This document shows, piece by piece, positions 9,050 through 18,587 of a DNA stretch of 51,376 nucleotides. The position numbers and the translations under genes were made by a program. Position 1 is the stretch's first letter; the number at the start of each line of letters is the position of its first letter. The DNA comes from Nitrospirota bacterium (GTDB taxonomy: Bacteria; Nitrospirota; Thermodesulfovibrionia; Thermodesulfovibrionales; Dissulfurispiraceae): the NCBI GenBank assembly GCA_040758355.1, contig JBFLWF010000018.1:1-51376 (forward strand), in the 5' to 3' direction. Below the pieces are notes generated by a model. That model did not search any database and was not told the DNA's origin. It was given only the letters and a program-made list of their open reading frames with translations.

Positions 9050-12000
9050 GCCTTTTCCTCCGTGACCTTTGGCTTCTTCATGAACTTCTGCTGAACGTCA
9101 TCAAACAGATCGTAAGCAACAGGAACAACAACGAGGGTTAAGAAAAGCGAGGTAAGCAGTCCTCCAATAGTAGCTATCGCCATTGGCGCCCTTGTCTCGG
9201 CGCCCTCGCCGATACCCAGTGCAATGGGCATCATACCGAAGACCATTGCAAATGTTGTCATAAGAATCGGTCTTAATCTCACAGGGCCTGCTTCAAGGAT
9301 AGCTTCCTTCCTTTCCATTCCCCTTGCCCTTAATGTATTTGTGTAATCGACAAGAAGGATTGCATTCTTCTTCACAAGCCCCATGAGAAGAATGAGTCCG
9401 ATGAAACTGAAGATGTTAAGCGTCTTTCCTGTAACAAGCAATGCTCCAAAGGCGCCGATAAAGGAGAAGGGCATGGAAAGAAGGACTGTTATGGGATGAA
9501 CGAAGCTTTCAAACTGGGATGCAAGGATCATATAGGCAAGTATAATTCCGAGCAGAAGGGCGAACATAAGATAGTAGAAGGATTCCCCCATCATTTCTGC
9601 AGCGCCTTTGTATATGCCCGAGTAATCAGAGGGCAGTGTCTTTGCGGATATGGCATCGAGCTCTGCCTTTGCCTGTCCGAGGGGCTTTATCTCGAGGTTT
9701 GCGAATAAAAAAATGGCCCTCTGCCTGTCTACTCTATTAATAACGCTGGGGCCTCCTGCCTCCTGCACCTTAACGATATTCGATAATTCAACAAGCCTTC
9801 CGTCCTTTGAGCGTACATAAATTTTTCCAATATCGCCGGGGTCTGTCCTGTCCTCTGGATTAAGCCTTGCCCTAACATCGTACCTTCTTCCCTTTGCCTC
9901 ATCTTTGAATTTGGTTACATCCACTTCGCCGCCGATAAGGAAATTAACTGTCTCTGCAATTGTAGCAATGTCAACGCCGAGGTCCGCAGCCTTATCCCTG
10001 TCAATAAACACCCTCAGTTCCGGCTTTCCGATTTCAAGGGATGTATCCACATCGACAATCCCGGGCAGTTTTGAGAATTCATTCACGATCTGCTTCGTAT
10101 ATGCCTGGAGCGATGACAGGTCCCTGCCCCTGATGCTGTATTGTATGGGGACATTCCTCACACCGCCGCCGATGAGGGACACATCCTCTGCAGATGCCCT
10201 GAGTCCCGGGATATCTTTCCTCAATCTCTTTCTAACCTCTGCCTTTATCTGCTCCTGACTTTTTTTCCTTTCTGCCTTTGGCTTGAGCCCGATGAACATG
10301 GATGCCTTGTTTATTTCCCTTGTGAGTCCGAATCCCTGTGCATAGAAGACTGTTCTGACCTCTGGCAGGCTTCTTATGATATCCTCCGCCTTCTTGAACA
10401 TCCTGTCCACCTCTTCTACAGAGTAGTCCGAAGGTGCCTGGAGCCTTGCGATAAAACGGCTTTGGTCTTCTGGAGGAACAAATTCCTTGCCTAAAAACTT
10501 CGTGATCAAGAGGCTGAAGATAAAAATACCCGCTGCAATTATCAATACCTTAGCCCTATGATTGAGGGCAATCCTCAAGAGTTCTCTGTAAAGATATTCT
10601 GTCTTTTTGTAGACCTTCTCAAAGCCTTCAGAAAATTTTGAAAGTAACGAATTCCTTGACTTTTGACTCCTGGCTGCTGACTGCTGACTGCTGACTGCTT
10701 TTAAATATCTTGATGCCAGCATAGGCGTCAGTGTAAAAGAAACAAACAACGACACCATTACTGCAAAAACAACAGTGAGAGCAAACTGCACGAAAAACCT
10801 GCCCACGAGGCCTTTCATAAAAGCAACGGGCAAAAATATGGCGACTATTGCAAGGGTTGTTGCCACAACAGCAAGCCCTATTTCTGATGTGGCAAAAGAA
10901 GCAGCCTCGCGTGGAGGCATGCCCTCCTCTATATGCCTGTGGATATTCTCGATAACAATAATTGCGTCATCGATAAGGATTCCAACCGAGAGCGAAAGCG
11001 CGAGCATAGTCATGTTGTTGAATGTAAAATTAAAAAGCTTCATGATAGCAAACGTGGCTATTATGGATGTTGGAATGGCAAGTGCGCTTATCAGCGTAAT
11101 TCTGGTGCTCTTTAAAAACAAAAGAACTGCAAGGGCAGCGAAGACACCGCCGTATATGAGATGGTGCTGTACTTCATTGATGGAGCGCTTTATGAATGTG
11201 GACTGGTCGAAACTCGTTTCAAGTTTCATCCCTGAAGGCAGAGATTTCTTGATATTTACAAGCTCCTTTTTTATCCTGTCTATAACCTCAACGGTGTTGG
11301 TTCCTGACTGCTTCTGTATTCCCATGCCAACAGCAGGCAGACCATTAAACCTTGCAATTGAACGTTTCTCTTCTATACCATCCTCTGCGCGGCCAACATC
11401 CCTCAACCTTATAGGCGCCCCTTTGTTATAGCCAACAATAAGGTCGTTAAATTCCTGAACCCTCAGAAACTCACCTTTTACCTTAATGGAATATTCCTTT
11501 GTGTTACTTTCAATCCTTCCGCTCGGCAGTTCAATGCTCTCCCGCTGAAGCGCCCGTATAACATCGTGTGCCGTTATCTGGTATGCCGTGAGCCTGTCGG
11601 AATCGAGCCATATCCTCACCTGTCTCAACCTTAAACCGGCAAGCCTGATGGCGCCAACACCGCTTATCTTCTGAAGCTGCTCTTTCAATACCTCATCAGC
11701 ATAAGTGGAAAGCTCTCTGGGTGATTTTTCTCCTGTAAGGGCAAGCCATAGTACGGGAGTGGCATCTGGATCGACTTTTTCTATTACGGGTTCGTCGATG
11801 TCCCTGGGTAGTTTTGATCTAATAGTGGATATCTTTTCTCTCACATCCTGAACAGCGAGGTCTATGTCCCTTTCGAGAACGAATTCCACAGAAACCGTTG
11901 AGACGCCCTCTGTGCTCGAGGAGTTTATTGTCTTCACACCATTAATGGTATTTACGGCCTCTTCTATTTTGTCGGTTACATCAATATCGATTATCTCGGG

Positions 12001-12165
12001 GCTCGCACCCTTCAATGTTGTGGTGATGTTAACTATAGGAAAGTCCACCTTCGGAAACAGATCGACACCGATGCCGGGATAGCTCACGACCCCGAATATG
12101 ACAAGGGCAGCGATAACCATTGTTGCAAATACAGGACGTTTTATTGACGTATCAGCGAGCCACAT
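9046..12165 (-). CDS. RND efflux permease (AcrB/MdtC-like)
   Basis: IKRPVFA, GILIDDAIIVIENI, KNAILLVD, RLRPILMTT; 1039 aa. Confidence 0.95.
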   Translation of the reverse strand: MWLADTSIKRPVFATMVIAALVIFGVVSYPGIGVDLFPKVDFPIVNITTTLKGASPEIIDIDVTDKIEEAVNTINGVKTINSSSTEGVSTVSVEFVLERDIDLAVQDVREKISTIRSKLPRDIDEPVIEKVDPDATPVLWLALTGEKSPRELSTYADEVLKEQLQKISGVGAIRLAGLRLRQVRIWLDSDRLTAYQITAHDVIRALQRESIELPSGRIESNTKEYSIKVKGEFLRVQEFNDLIVGYNKGAPIRLRDVGRAEDGIEEKRSIARFNGLPAVGMGIQKQSGTNTVEVIDRIKKELVNIKKSLPSGMKLETSFDQSTFIKRSINEVQHHLIYGGVFAALAVLLFLKSTRITLISALAIPTSIIATFAIMKLFNFTFNNMTMLALSLSVGILIDDAIIVIENIHRHIEEGMPPREAASFATSEIGLAVVATTLAIVAIFLPVAFMKGLVGRFFVQFALTVVFAVMVSLFVSFTLTPMLASRYLKAVSSQQSAARSQKSRNSLLSKFSEGFEKVYKKTEYLYRELLRIALNHRAKVLIIAAGIFIFSLLITKFLGKEFVPPEDQSRFIARLQAPSDYSVEEVDRMFKKAEDIIRSLPEVRTVFYAQGFGLTREINKASMFIGLKPKAERKKSQEQIKAEVRKRLRKDIPGLRASAEDVSLIGGGVRNVPIQYSIRGRDLSSLQAYTKQIVNEFSKLPGIVDVDTSLEIGKPELRVFIDRDKAADLGVDIATIAETVNFLIGGEVDVTKFKDEAKGRRYDVRARLNPEDRTDPGDIGKIYVRSKDGRLVELSNIVKVQEAGGPSVINRVDRQRAIFLFANLEIKPLGQAKAELDAISAKTLPSDYSGIYKGAAEMMGESFYYLMFALLLGIILAYMILASQFESFVHPITVLLSMPFSFIGAFGALLVTGKTLNIFSFIGLILLMGLVKKNAILLVDYTNTLRARGMERKEAILEAGPVRLRPILMTTFAMVFGMMPIALGIGEGAETRAPMAIATIGGLLTSLFLTLVVVPVAYDLFDDVQQKFMKKPKVTEEKA
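10657..10698. repeat. Six degenerate TGACTGC heptamers inside the RND gene
   Basis: tgacttt tgactcc tggctgc tgactgc tgactgc tgactgc; encodes AVSSQQSAARSQKS. Confidence 0.85.
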
Positions 12166-13243
12166 TCACCTTTACCCCTTCAGAGAGGTTTTGCTGTCCT
12201 GCTATAACAACTGTCTCTCCTGCTTTTAGCCCCTCTACGATCTCCATCATCTCGCCGTATTTCTGTCCGACCTTTACAAACCTTTCCTTTGCCCTGCCGC
12301 CATCAACAACAAATACCTTTATCGCTTCACCTTCGTAAATCAGGGAGATAATGGGCACAAGGACAGTATTTCTTTCAGCGCCTGTATAGAGTATTACATG
12401 GGCAAAAAGCCCGGGCTTCAAGGCATTGTCTGGATTAGGCACGAGTGCTTCCACCTGAAGTGTCCTTGTCTTTTCTTCAAGGCTCGGATAGATGTTGTTA
12501 ACCTTTCCCTTAAATTCTCTGCCGGGAAATGCATCTACCTTGAATGTCACATCCTGCCCTTTCCTCAGTTTTCCCACATCCTTTTCAGTGACAGTAAAGT
12601 TGAGTTTAAGAGGATTATTCTGGATGATTACAAACAGGTTTGCGCCGTTCTTCACATAGTCTCCTGCCGAAACCTTCTTCTCTTTCACATACCCTGAAAT
12701 AGGGGAATATATCCTTGTCTTTATGAGCTTCTGTTTTGCGAGCAACAAGGCTGCCTTTGCCCTTTCAACATCGGCTTCCGCAAGGGATAGCCTTGTTGAA
12801 ACATCATCGAACTGCTGCTGCGTAACGAGTTGTTCCTTATAAAGCGATTGCTTACGGCCAAATTCCAGCTTTGTATTCTCATAGGTCGCATGGGCCTGCC
12901 TCAAGGCAGCCTCTGCCCGTTTAACTTCGAGGCTGTAATCGGTATCGTCAATTACCGATAAAAGCAATCCCTTTGAGACCGCTGTCCCGTTATCAACCTT
13001 CACCTCCCTTAAAATTCCATCGACTTCTGAGCTTACAATTACCTCTTCATTTGGATTCAACGTGCCGATGGTTTCCAAAAAGGGTTTGAGTGATTTTATT
13101 TCCACGTCTTGAACACGGACGTTCACTATCTTTTCTTCTGTCTTTTTAACCTCCTTTTTTTTGCATGAAGGATTTACGATAATAAGAAGCATTGCTATTA
13201 AAAAAAGGGTTTTAGCATATATATTGCTGCCCGGCTTCCACAT
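12152..13243 (-). CDS. RND periplasmic adaptor subunit
   Basis: Lipoprotein-like N-terminus, lipoyl halves (SSEVDG, IYSPISGYV), LKPGLFA, GLKAGETVVIAGQ. Confidence 0.92.
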   Translation of the reverse strand: MWKPGSNIYAKTLFLIAMLLIIVNPSCKKKEVKKTEEKIVNVRVQDVEIKSLKPFLETIGTLNPNEEVIVSSEVDGILREVKVDNGTAVSKGLLLSVIDDTDYSLEVKRAEAALRQAHATYENTKLEFGRKQSLYKEQLVTQQQFDDVSTRLSLAEADVERAKAALLLAKQKLIKTRIYSPISGYVKEKKVSAGDYVKNGANLFVIIQNNPLKLNFTVTEKDVGKLRKGQDVTFKVDAFPGREFKGKVNNIYPSLEEKTRTLQVEALVPNPDNALKPGLFAHVILYTGAERNTVLVPIISLIYEGEAIKVFVVDGGRAKERFVKVGQKYGEMMEIVEGLKAGETVVIAGQQNLSEGVKVNVAR

Positions 13244-14592
13244 CAGTTTGTCCTCCCTTTATCTTCTCTGCTTTGATTTTCAACAGACTGTTGGTTGACA
13301 ATCGTCCTTAAAAATGCTCCTGTTGCCCTTTGCAGTCTCAAAACTGACAACTGATAATTATATCTTGCATCCGTTAACTGCCTTTCTGCCGTAAGGAGCA
13401 ATGTGTTTGCATCGATTACATCTATGCTGTTGGCAAGACCGAATTGGTATTGCCTTGAGACAGAATTGTAATTATCACTTGCAAATGTCACCCGGTCATC
13501 AAAAGACTTCAAAATTCCTTTCTGTGTTTGAAAATCGAGATAAGCATTTTCGACTTCGATACCTATCGTCTTTTTTAAGTCGTTATAGATGAGCTCTGAC
13601 TGTCTCTTTTTTGCCTCTGCCTCTGCCACCTCAGCCCTTCTCAAGCCTCCTTCAAAGAACGGAAAGTTTAACTTAATGCCTCCGTATATGCTCTCTTTAT
13701 TTACCGTTACAACAGAAGGATTATCCTCTCTCCTTGCATAAACGCCTTCGATGGAAAGCGTCGGCCAGTATGCTCCTTTAGAATATCCGACCTGTTCTTC
13801 CGCAATCCTCTTTTGAAGTTCCATGGCCTTCATCTCTGCCCTTTCTGCAAAAGCTCTCTGCTTAAGGGAATCAAGGTTATCTGCTGCATCTTCTCTGCTG
13901 CCTGCTGTTTCCTTAACATCGTAATCTCCACTTATTCCAACAACCCTTGCAAGTACCGCCCTTGTGAGTTTCAGATTATTTTCCGCTTTCACAAGTTCAG
14001 CGTGAGCGCCTGATAGTTCAGCCTCTGCCCTCAAAAGGTCTGTCTTTGTCACCTCACCGACCTTGAGTCTTATTGCTGCCGCATCCCTGTGTTTTGTCAG
14101 CCGGTCAAAATTGGTCTTTGCAATCTCAACGGCCTTCTTTGTCCGAAGGACATCATAATAGGCCGAGGCAACACTGAAAATATATACCTCTTTCACCGCG
14201 TAAAGGTCGTATCTGCTCTTTTCGATATACTCCTTCGAAATTTTAAAGGCAGTAATCTCCCTGCCGTTCAGGTAAAACGATTGGTCAAGCCTCAATCCCC
14301 ATGATATAGAGCCGTCTGGCTGGATTATGGCACCTGTTGATGAACGCTTGTCTTCGGTATATTTTGTGTAGCTTCCAAATGCAGAAAGCTTTGGAAGCAA
14401 TGCCGATGCGGCCTTGTCCCTTCCCCTTTCCGATATATAGAGGTCTTCTTCCGATATTTTTATTTTTTCGGAGCGTTCAAGGGCTATCCTGTAGAGGTCT
14501 TCGAGGGAATACTCATCGGCTGCAAAAATATTGCTGCATGACAAAAATACAGATAGTATCGATGCAATAACAATACTTTTATGTATCTTCAT
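13243..14592 (-). CDS. TolC family outer membrane efflux protein
   Basis: Signal peptide, OEP repeats (ALLPKL, AYWPTL, YQFGLANSIDVIDA). Confidence 0.9.
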   Translation of the reverse strand: MKIHKSIVIASILSVFLSCSNIFAADEYSLEDLYRIALERSEKIKISEEDLYISERGRDKAASALLPKLSAFGSYTKYTEDKRSSTGAIIQPDGSISWGLRLDQSFYLNGREITAFKISKEYIEKSRYDLYAVKEVYIFSVASAYYDVLRTKKAVEIAKTNFDRLTKHRDAAAIRLKVGEVTKTDLLRAEAELSGAHAELVKAENNLKLTRAVLARVVGISGDYDVKETAGSREDAADNLDSLKQRAFAERAEMKAMELQKRIAEEQVGYSKGAYWPTLSIEGVYARREDNPSVVTVNKESIYGGIKLNFPFFEGGLRRAEVAEAEAKKRQSELIYNDLKKTIGIEVENAYLDFQTQKGILKSFDDRVTFASDNYNSVSRQYQFGLANSIDVIDANTLLLTAERQLTDARYNYQLSVLRLQRATGAFLRTIVNQQSVENQSREDKGRTN

Positions 14593-15188
14593 CTTTTTGT
14601 TCCTCCCACAAAAATCTTCACAAATTCCTTTATTGTTGTATCTTTATCCACATGCCTGTATTTTTTATGCATCATCATTTCATGGACATTAAAATATGAA
14701 AAGAACATCCCGAGGAATGCCCTTGCGCCAAACTCTGTATCAAAGCCTTTGAGAATCTTCCTTTTCTGCATCTCGTTAAAATAGGATGCGAGGATTTTAA
14801 ATAACTCATCGATAAATGCATGGTAGATTTTATGGATCTTCTCCGGATACCTCTGGATCTCGGAATGCATTATCTGTATCAGGTCCTTTCTTGACGAGAG
14901 TGTTTCTAAAAATCTTTTTGCGATTTCGGTTAATGCCTTTTCATATGACATCCTTGCTATTTCAGGCATCAGTTCCTTTAAGGCAGGCAGAAATGAGTAG
15001 GTATTTATAACTTCTTCAAAGAGCTTCTCCTTTGATGGGAAATGCCTGAACAGCGTAATCTCCGCAATCCCCGCTTCCTTTGCAATCTCCTTTGTGGTTG
15101 CGCCGAGATAGCCTTTCCGGGAAAAGAGCTTTAATGCCGTTTCGAGAATTTTATCCCTCGTGGATTGTATGTCTTTTGACCTGTTCAT
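14589..15188 (-). CDS. TetR/AcrR family regulator
   Basis: ILETALKLFSRKGYLGATTKEIAKEAGIAEITLFRHFPSKEKLF HTH. Confidence 0.95.
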   Translation of the reverse strand: MNRSKDIQSTRDKILETALKLFSRKGYLGATTKEIAKEAGIAEITLFRHFPSKEKLFEEVINTYSFLPALKELMPEIARMSYEKALTEIAKRFLETLSSRKDLIQIMHSEIQRYPEKIHKIYHAFIDELFKILASYFNEMQKRKILKGFDTEFGARAFLGMFFSYFNVHEMMMHKKYRHVDKDTTIKEFVKIFVGGTKR

Positions 15189-15209
15189 TAAAAACTCCCT
15201 ATCTGTAGA

Positions 15210-15256
15210 ATGTAAGTGCTAACTTACATGATAGATAAAACACATACGGTTGTCAA
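15210..15256 (-). promoter_or_regulatory. Sigma70 promoter with TetR-type operator for the efflux operon
   Basis: Minus strand TTGACA (15256-15251)-N17-TATCAT (15233-15228); palindrome ATGTAAGT-gcta-ACTTACAT at 15210-15229 covers the predicted start site. Confidence 0.8.
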
Positions 15257-15292
15257 GAGAAAATATAGACAAAATACCAGATAACCTTCGAG

Positions 15293-15332
15293 GCTGATAG
15301 GGCATGGTATTCCAATACTGTGTCCTGTCAGC
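15293..15332 (+). repeat. 19-bp inverted repeat
   Basis: GCTGATAGGGCATGGTATT-cc-AATACTGTGTCCTGTCAGC; all four mismatches are G-U on the + strand. Confidence 0.7.
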
Positions 15333-15350
15333 TAATTCTGTTAGATATTC

Positions 15351-16493
15351 TTACTCGTAGAGTCTGGTCTTTGAATAGAAAAACGGTTTGAGAGTCTTGA
15401 GTGCCAATACAGAAACTACAGGCTTTAAAAGCCATGATGCCCTTGATTTGCTTCCAAGACAGCGCTTGCAGTAAGGATGAACAACTTTGAACTTCTTGAA
15501 CCCTTCGATTATTCTTCTTAGTTCCTCTGATGAAAGAATCTCCCTCAAAGATGCCTCTTTAAGATTCCCTATTTTTGTGCGGCCGTCAAAGTCAACGCAG
15601 CAGAGGGCAACATCTCCGTTATGCAGTATGCTGAAGTGGTCACGCATGCCGAAACAATAGCCAGCCCATGCATCATGTATCTTTTCGTCATCGAAGGCAT
15701 GCCCCCAGTCTTCAAGCACATATGTCTCAAAAAATATATTGGGATATATTTCCACTACATTCCATTTATACGAGACAAGCTTATTTATTTTCTTCAGTGC
15801 AGCGTCCCTTTTACCTTTATCAACACCGAGCATCTCATAGATGCGTCCTGCCCAATAGCCGAATGTGTTTCTCAATTCCCCGGTTGATGAGATGACCTGT
15901 AAATGGCCTGTCCTTTTTTCCATATCCCTTTTGCGGAATCTCGTGTTCAAAAAACGGAATTTAAAGATCGTATCTTTATGCCTTGAGCGATAAGAAGAGA
16001 AGAAATCGAGAATGCCGTTAAGATAGACATCGTATGTCAGCGCCCTCGCCTTCCTGAGCGCAAAGGATTTCTCATCAGGCGTCTGCAGAGAAATATCAAC
16101 CTGATAGAGGTCGTAGTTTAAAAGTTTTTTTCCTGCCTCGCCGCTGAGTCCTCCTCCATTGGTTGTCAGTCCTATCTTGATTCCTGTATTACTGGCATAG
16201 GAGAGAATATCAAAGAAGTCTGGATGGAGTGTTGGCTCGCCCATCACATGGAAGGTGATCTTTTCACATATGTTGTTTTCATGGAGTTCAGAAATTATAC
16301 GTCTGGCAAGACCGGTATCCATATAGCCGTACTTCCTTTTCATCTCTGACTTGGGGCAGAATACGCAGTTGAAATCGCATACATTGGTAAGTTCTATATG
16401 AACTCTCTGGAGCGGGATTTCTATATGGCCGAATCGCTGCTTTTTTGAAGAAATAGCTGTCGACATCTTTTTTAAGCTAACAAAAGCTTTCAC
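15351..16493 (-). CDS. Radical SAM protein with SPASM/Twitch domain
   Basis: ELTNVCDFNCVFCP (CX3CX2C), GEPTLHP, C-terminal C...GDVALCC...GNL...CKRC; start codon uncertain. Confidence 0.88.
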   Translation of the reverse strand: MKAFVSLKKMSTAISSKKQRFGHIEIPLQRVHIELTNVCDFNCVFCPKSEMKRKYGYMDTGLARRIISELHENNICEKITFHVMGEPTLHPDFFDILSYASNTGIKIGLTTNGGGLSGEAGKKLLNYDLYQVDISLQTPDEKSFALRKARALTYDVYLNGILDFFSSYRSRHKDTIFKFRFLNTRFRKRDMEKRTGHLQVISSTGELRNTFGYWAGRIYEMLGVDKGKRDAALKKINKLVSYKWNVVEIYPNIFFETYVLEDWGHAFDDEKIHDAWAGYCFGMRDHFSILHNGDVALCCVDFDGRTKIGNLKEASLREILSSEELRRIIEGFKKFKVVHPYCKRCLGSKSRASWLLKPVVSVLALKTLKPFFYSKTRLYE

Positions 16494-16586
16494 CGGATGT
16501 CAACGAAGGCTCATAAAAATATTGCACTATTTTTTGAATAATGCTAATTTTAATATTGAGGAAGGATTTGACAAAGGATTTGATAG

Positions 16587-17816
16587 ATGAGCTCTATTGT
16601 TGACACATCTTTTTTAAATTTCAGTTTCACCAATTCCATCTACGGCAAATACACACAGGTTCAGAAGAACAGCTATATAAAGTCCATCCAATCCCAGGAA
16701 GGCGCAGCAAATACTAAAATAAGTGCACTGGGCAAGCTCCTGAATTCCCTCGAAGAACTGAAAACGAGCCTTGAAGGCATAAAAACAGAATCCCTCAAGA
16801 TAATGAAAGCCGAGGTCTCTGACGAAGGGATTTTAACGGCAACGGCATCTTCATCGGCAACAGAAGGTTCATATTCGGTAAGGGTCGATAGAACTGCGAA
16901 ATCGCATACCCTTTATTCAAAGATATATCCTGCTGAAAATTCGGCTGTGGGTACTGGCATGCTGACCATAAGGATAGGAGACAATATAGGAGTCGATTTA
17001 AATATAACGGAATCGAGAAAGACACTCTCCAGAATAAAAGACGTCCTGAATGCGTCTGATGCTGATGTAAATGCATCGCTAACAAAAGAGGCCTCGGGCT
17101 ACAGGCTCGTGATCTCTGCTAAAGACAGCGGTGACGGAAATAAAATAAACATAATCGTATCCGATGACGATCTGAATAATACTGATTCAAACGGCCTTTC
17201 CGCTCTTTCATACGACACAAATACCGCAAAAAACATGACGGAGTCCACTCCTCCTTATAATGCTGTTTTGTTTGCAGACAGCAGCTTCTTTGAAAAGACC
17301 GAAAATGAAATAACGGATGCAATAACCGGCGTAACCATGAAACTCTTAAAGGAAGACGACAAATTCCCAGTGTACATTACAGTATCGGAGGATCAGAGTT
17401 CCCTAATATTCGAAAAGCTCGATTCCTTTGTCGAGGCATATAATAATGTTGTCAAATTAGTGGACGAGCTTCAGGATACAAGCGGAATAATGAAAAAGGA
17501 CTCCTCTGTGGGTTATTTGAGGAACTCCCTCACAGACATCCAGACAAAGACTTATAATAATTCGACCCTTAAGTCCCTCGGGTTTAAATTCGACACAAAA
17601 GACATCATGTCCCTCGACATCGGGAAAATGAACAGTGCAATGATTTCAAACCTGAGCAATGTAACCACTACCCTAAATTCCCTCGCAGGAGAGCTGGAAA
17701 CAACGGTCAACAGCTATATTGACTCTATTATCCCCGGCCAACAGGATACCTACAGAACGCTCATAAACGAATACATCAAGGCTGAAAAAACAACCCACAA
17801 GTCATTCAACAGATGA
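16587..17816 (+). CDS. FliD-like flagellar filament cap protein (orphan)
   Basis: KISALGKL, ATASSSATEGSYSVRV, GYRLVISAKDSG, NEITDAITGVTMKL, FVEAYN motifs; termini atypical. Confidence 0.75.
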   Translation: MSSIVDTSFLNFSFTNSIYGKYTQVQKNSYIKSIQSQEGAANTKISALGKLLNSLEELKTSLEGIKTESLKIMKAEVSDEGILTATASSSATEGSYSVRVDRTAKSHTLYSKIYPAENSAVGTGMLTIRIGDNIGVDLNITESRKTLSRIKDVLNASDADVNASLTKEASGYRLVISAKDSGDGNKINIIVSDDDLNNTDSNGLSALSYDTNTAKNMTESTPPYNAVLFADSSFFEKTENEITDAITGVTMKLLKEDDKFPVYITVSEDQSSLIFEKLDSFVEAYNNVVKLVDELQDTSGIMKKDSSVGYLRNSLTDIQTKTYNNSTLKSLGFKFDTKDIMSLDIGKMNSAMISNLSNVTTTLNSLAGELETTVNSYIDSIIPGQQDTYRTLINEYIKAEKTTHKSFNR

Positions 17817-18409
17817 TAATAAAACTCACCGACGAAAACCTCGGCGAAGTAATAAATAAAGCCATTGCTGTTCTCAAAAATGGAGGAATTGTCGCATATC
17901 CCACAGAGACCTTTTACGGCCTCGGGGCAAAATACGATATGGATTCAGCCCTCGGAAGGCTTTACGAAATAAAAAAGAGGCCCCAAGAAAAGGCAATGCC
18001 GCTGATTATAGGCAGCAGAGAGGAACTGTTCCTTATCACCGATTCGGTGAATGAATCGGCAAGGGACCTCATGGACAGATTCTGGCCCGGGCCGCTGACC
18101 ATTCTCTTTCGCGCCCGTCCCGGGCTTTCAGAATACATCGTATCAGAAAGCAAGGTGGCGGTAAGAATTCCCGGAGAATCATTTGCCCTCAGACTTGCAA
18201 GGGCAGCAGGATTCCCCATAACCTCCACCAGCGCAAATATATCTGGCATGCCTCCCGCTGACAGTGCATCGATGGTCTCCGATTATTTCGGAGGAGGGAT
18301 TGATTTAATAATTGACGGCGGCAAAACAAAGGGCGAATTACCTTCTACGATTGTTGACATAACCGGCGACATGCCAAAAACCATCAGGCATGGATTGATA
18401 GATATTTAG
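17813..18409 (+). CDS. tsaC: L-threonylcarbamoyladenylate synthase (Sua5/YrdC)
   Basis: YPTETFYGLG, KKRP, FWPGPLT, STSANISG, PSTIVD. Confidence 0.93.
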   Translation: MIIKLTDENLGEVINKAIAVLKNGGIVAYPTETFYGLGAKYDMDSALGRLYEIKKRPQEKAMPLIIGSREELFLITDSVNESARDLMDRFWPGPLTILFRARPGLSEYIVSESKVAVRIPGESFALRLARAAGFPITSTSANISGMPPADSASMVSDYFGGGIDLIIDGGKTKGELPSTIVDITGDMPKTIRHGLIDI

Positions 18410-18538
18410 TCCTTGCAGTCCCTTTATTCAAGCCACTTCTAAGACCACGATACAGATAAGTCTAATTCTTGAACGATCGTTTCCTAAAATAGAATGTTCT
18501 ATAAAAAACAACTTTCGTTTTAAAAATTAATTTTTTTG

Positions 18539-18567
18539 TTGACAAAAGGAAAATTATGGTGTATAGT
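18539..18567 (+). promoter_or_regulatory. Sigma70 promoter
   Basis: TTGACA-N17-TATAGT with an upstream AT-rich tract, followed by AAGGAG RBS. Confidence 0.8.
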
Positions 18568-18587
18568 TTTCCATAAAAGGAGAAAGG

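Noticed and set aside
13265..13305. NQQSVENQS tail of the TolC protein as another heptamer insert
   Set aside because: The DNA periodicity is too degenerate to support the call.
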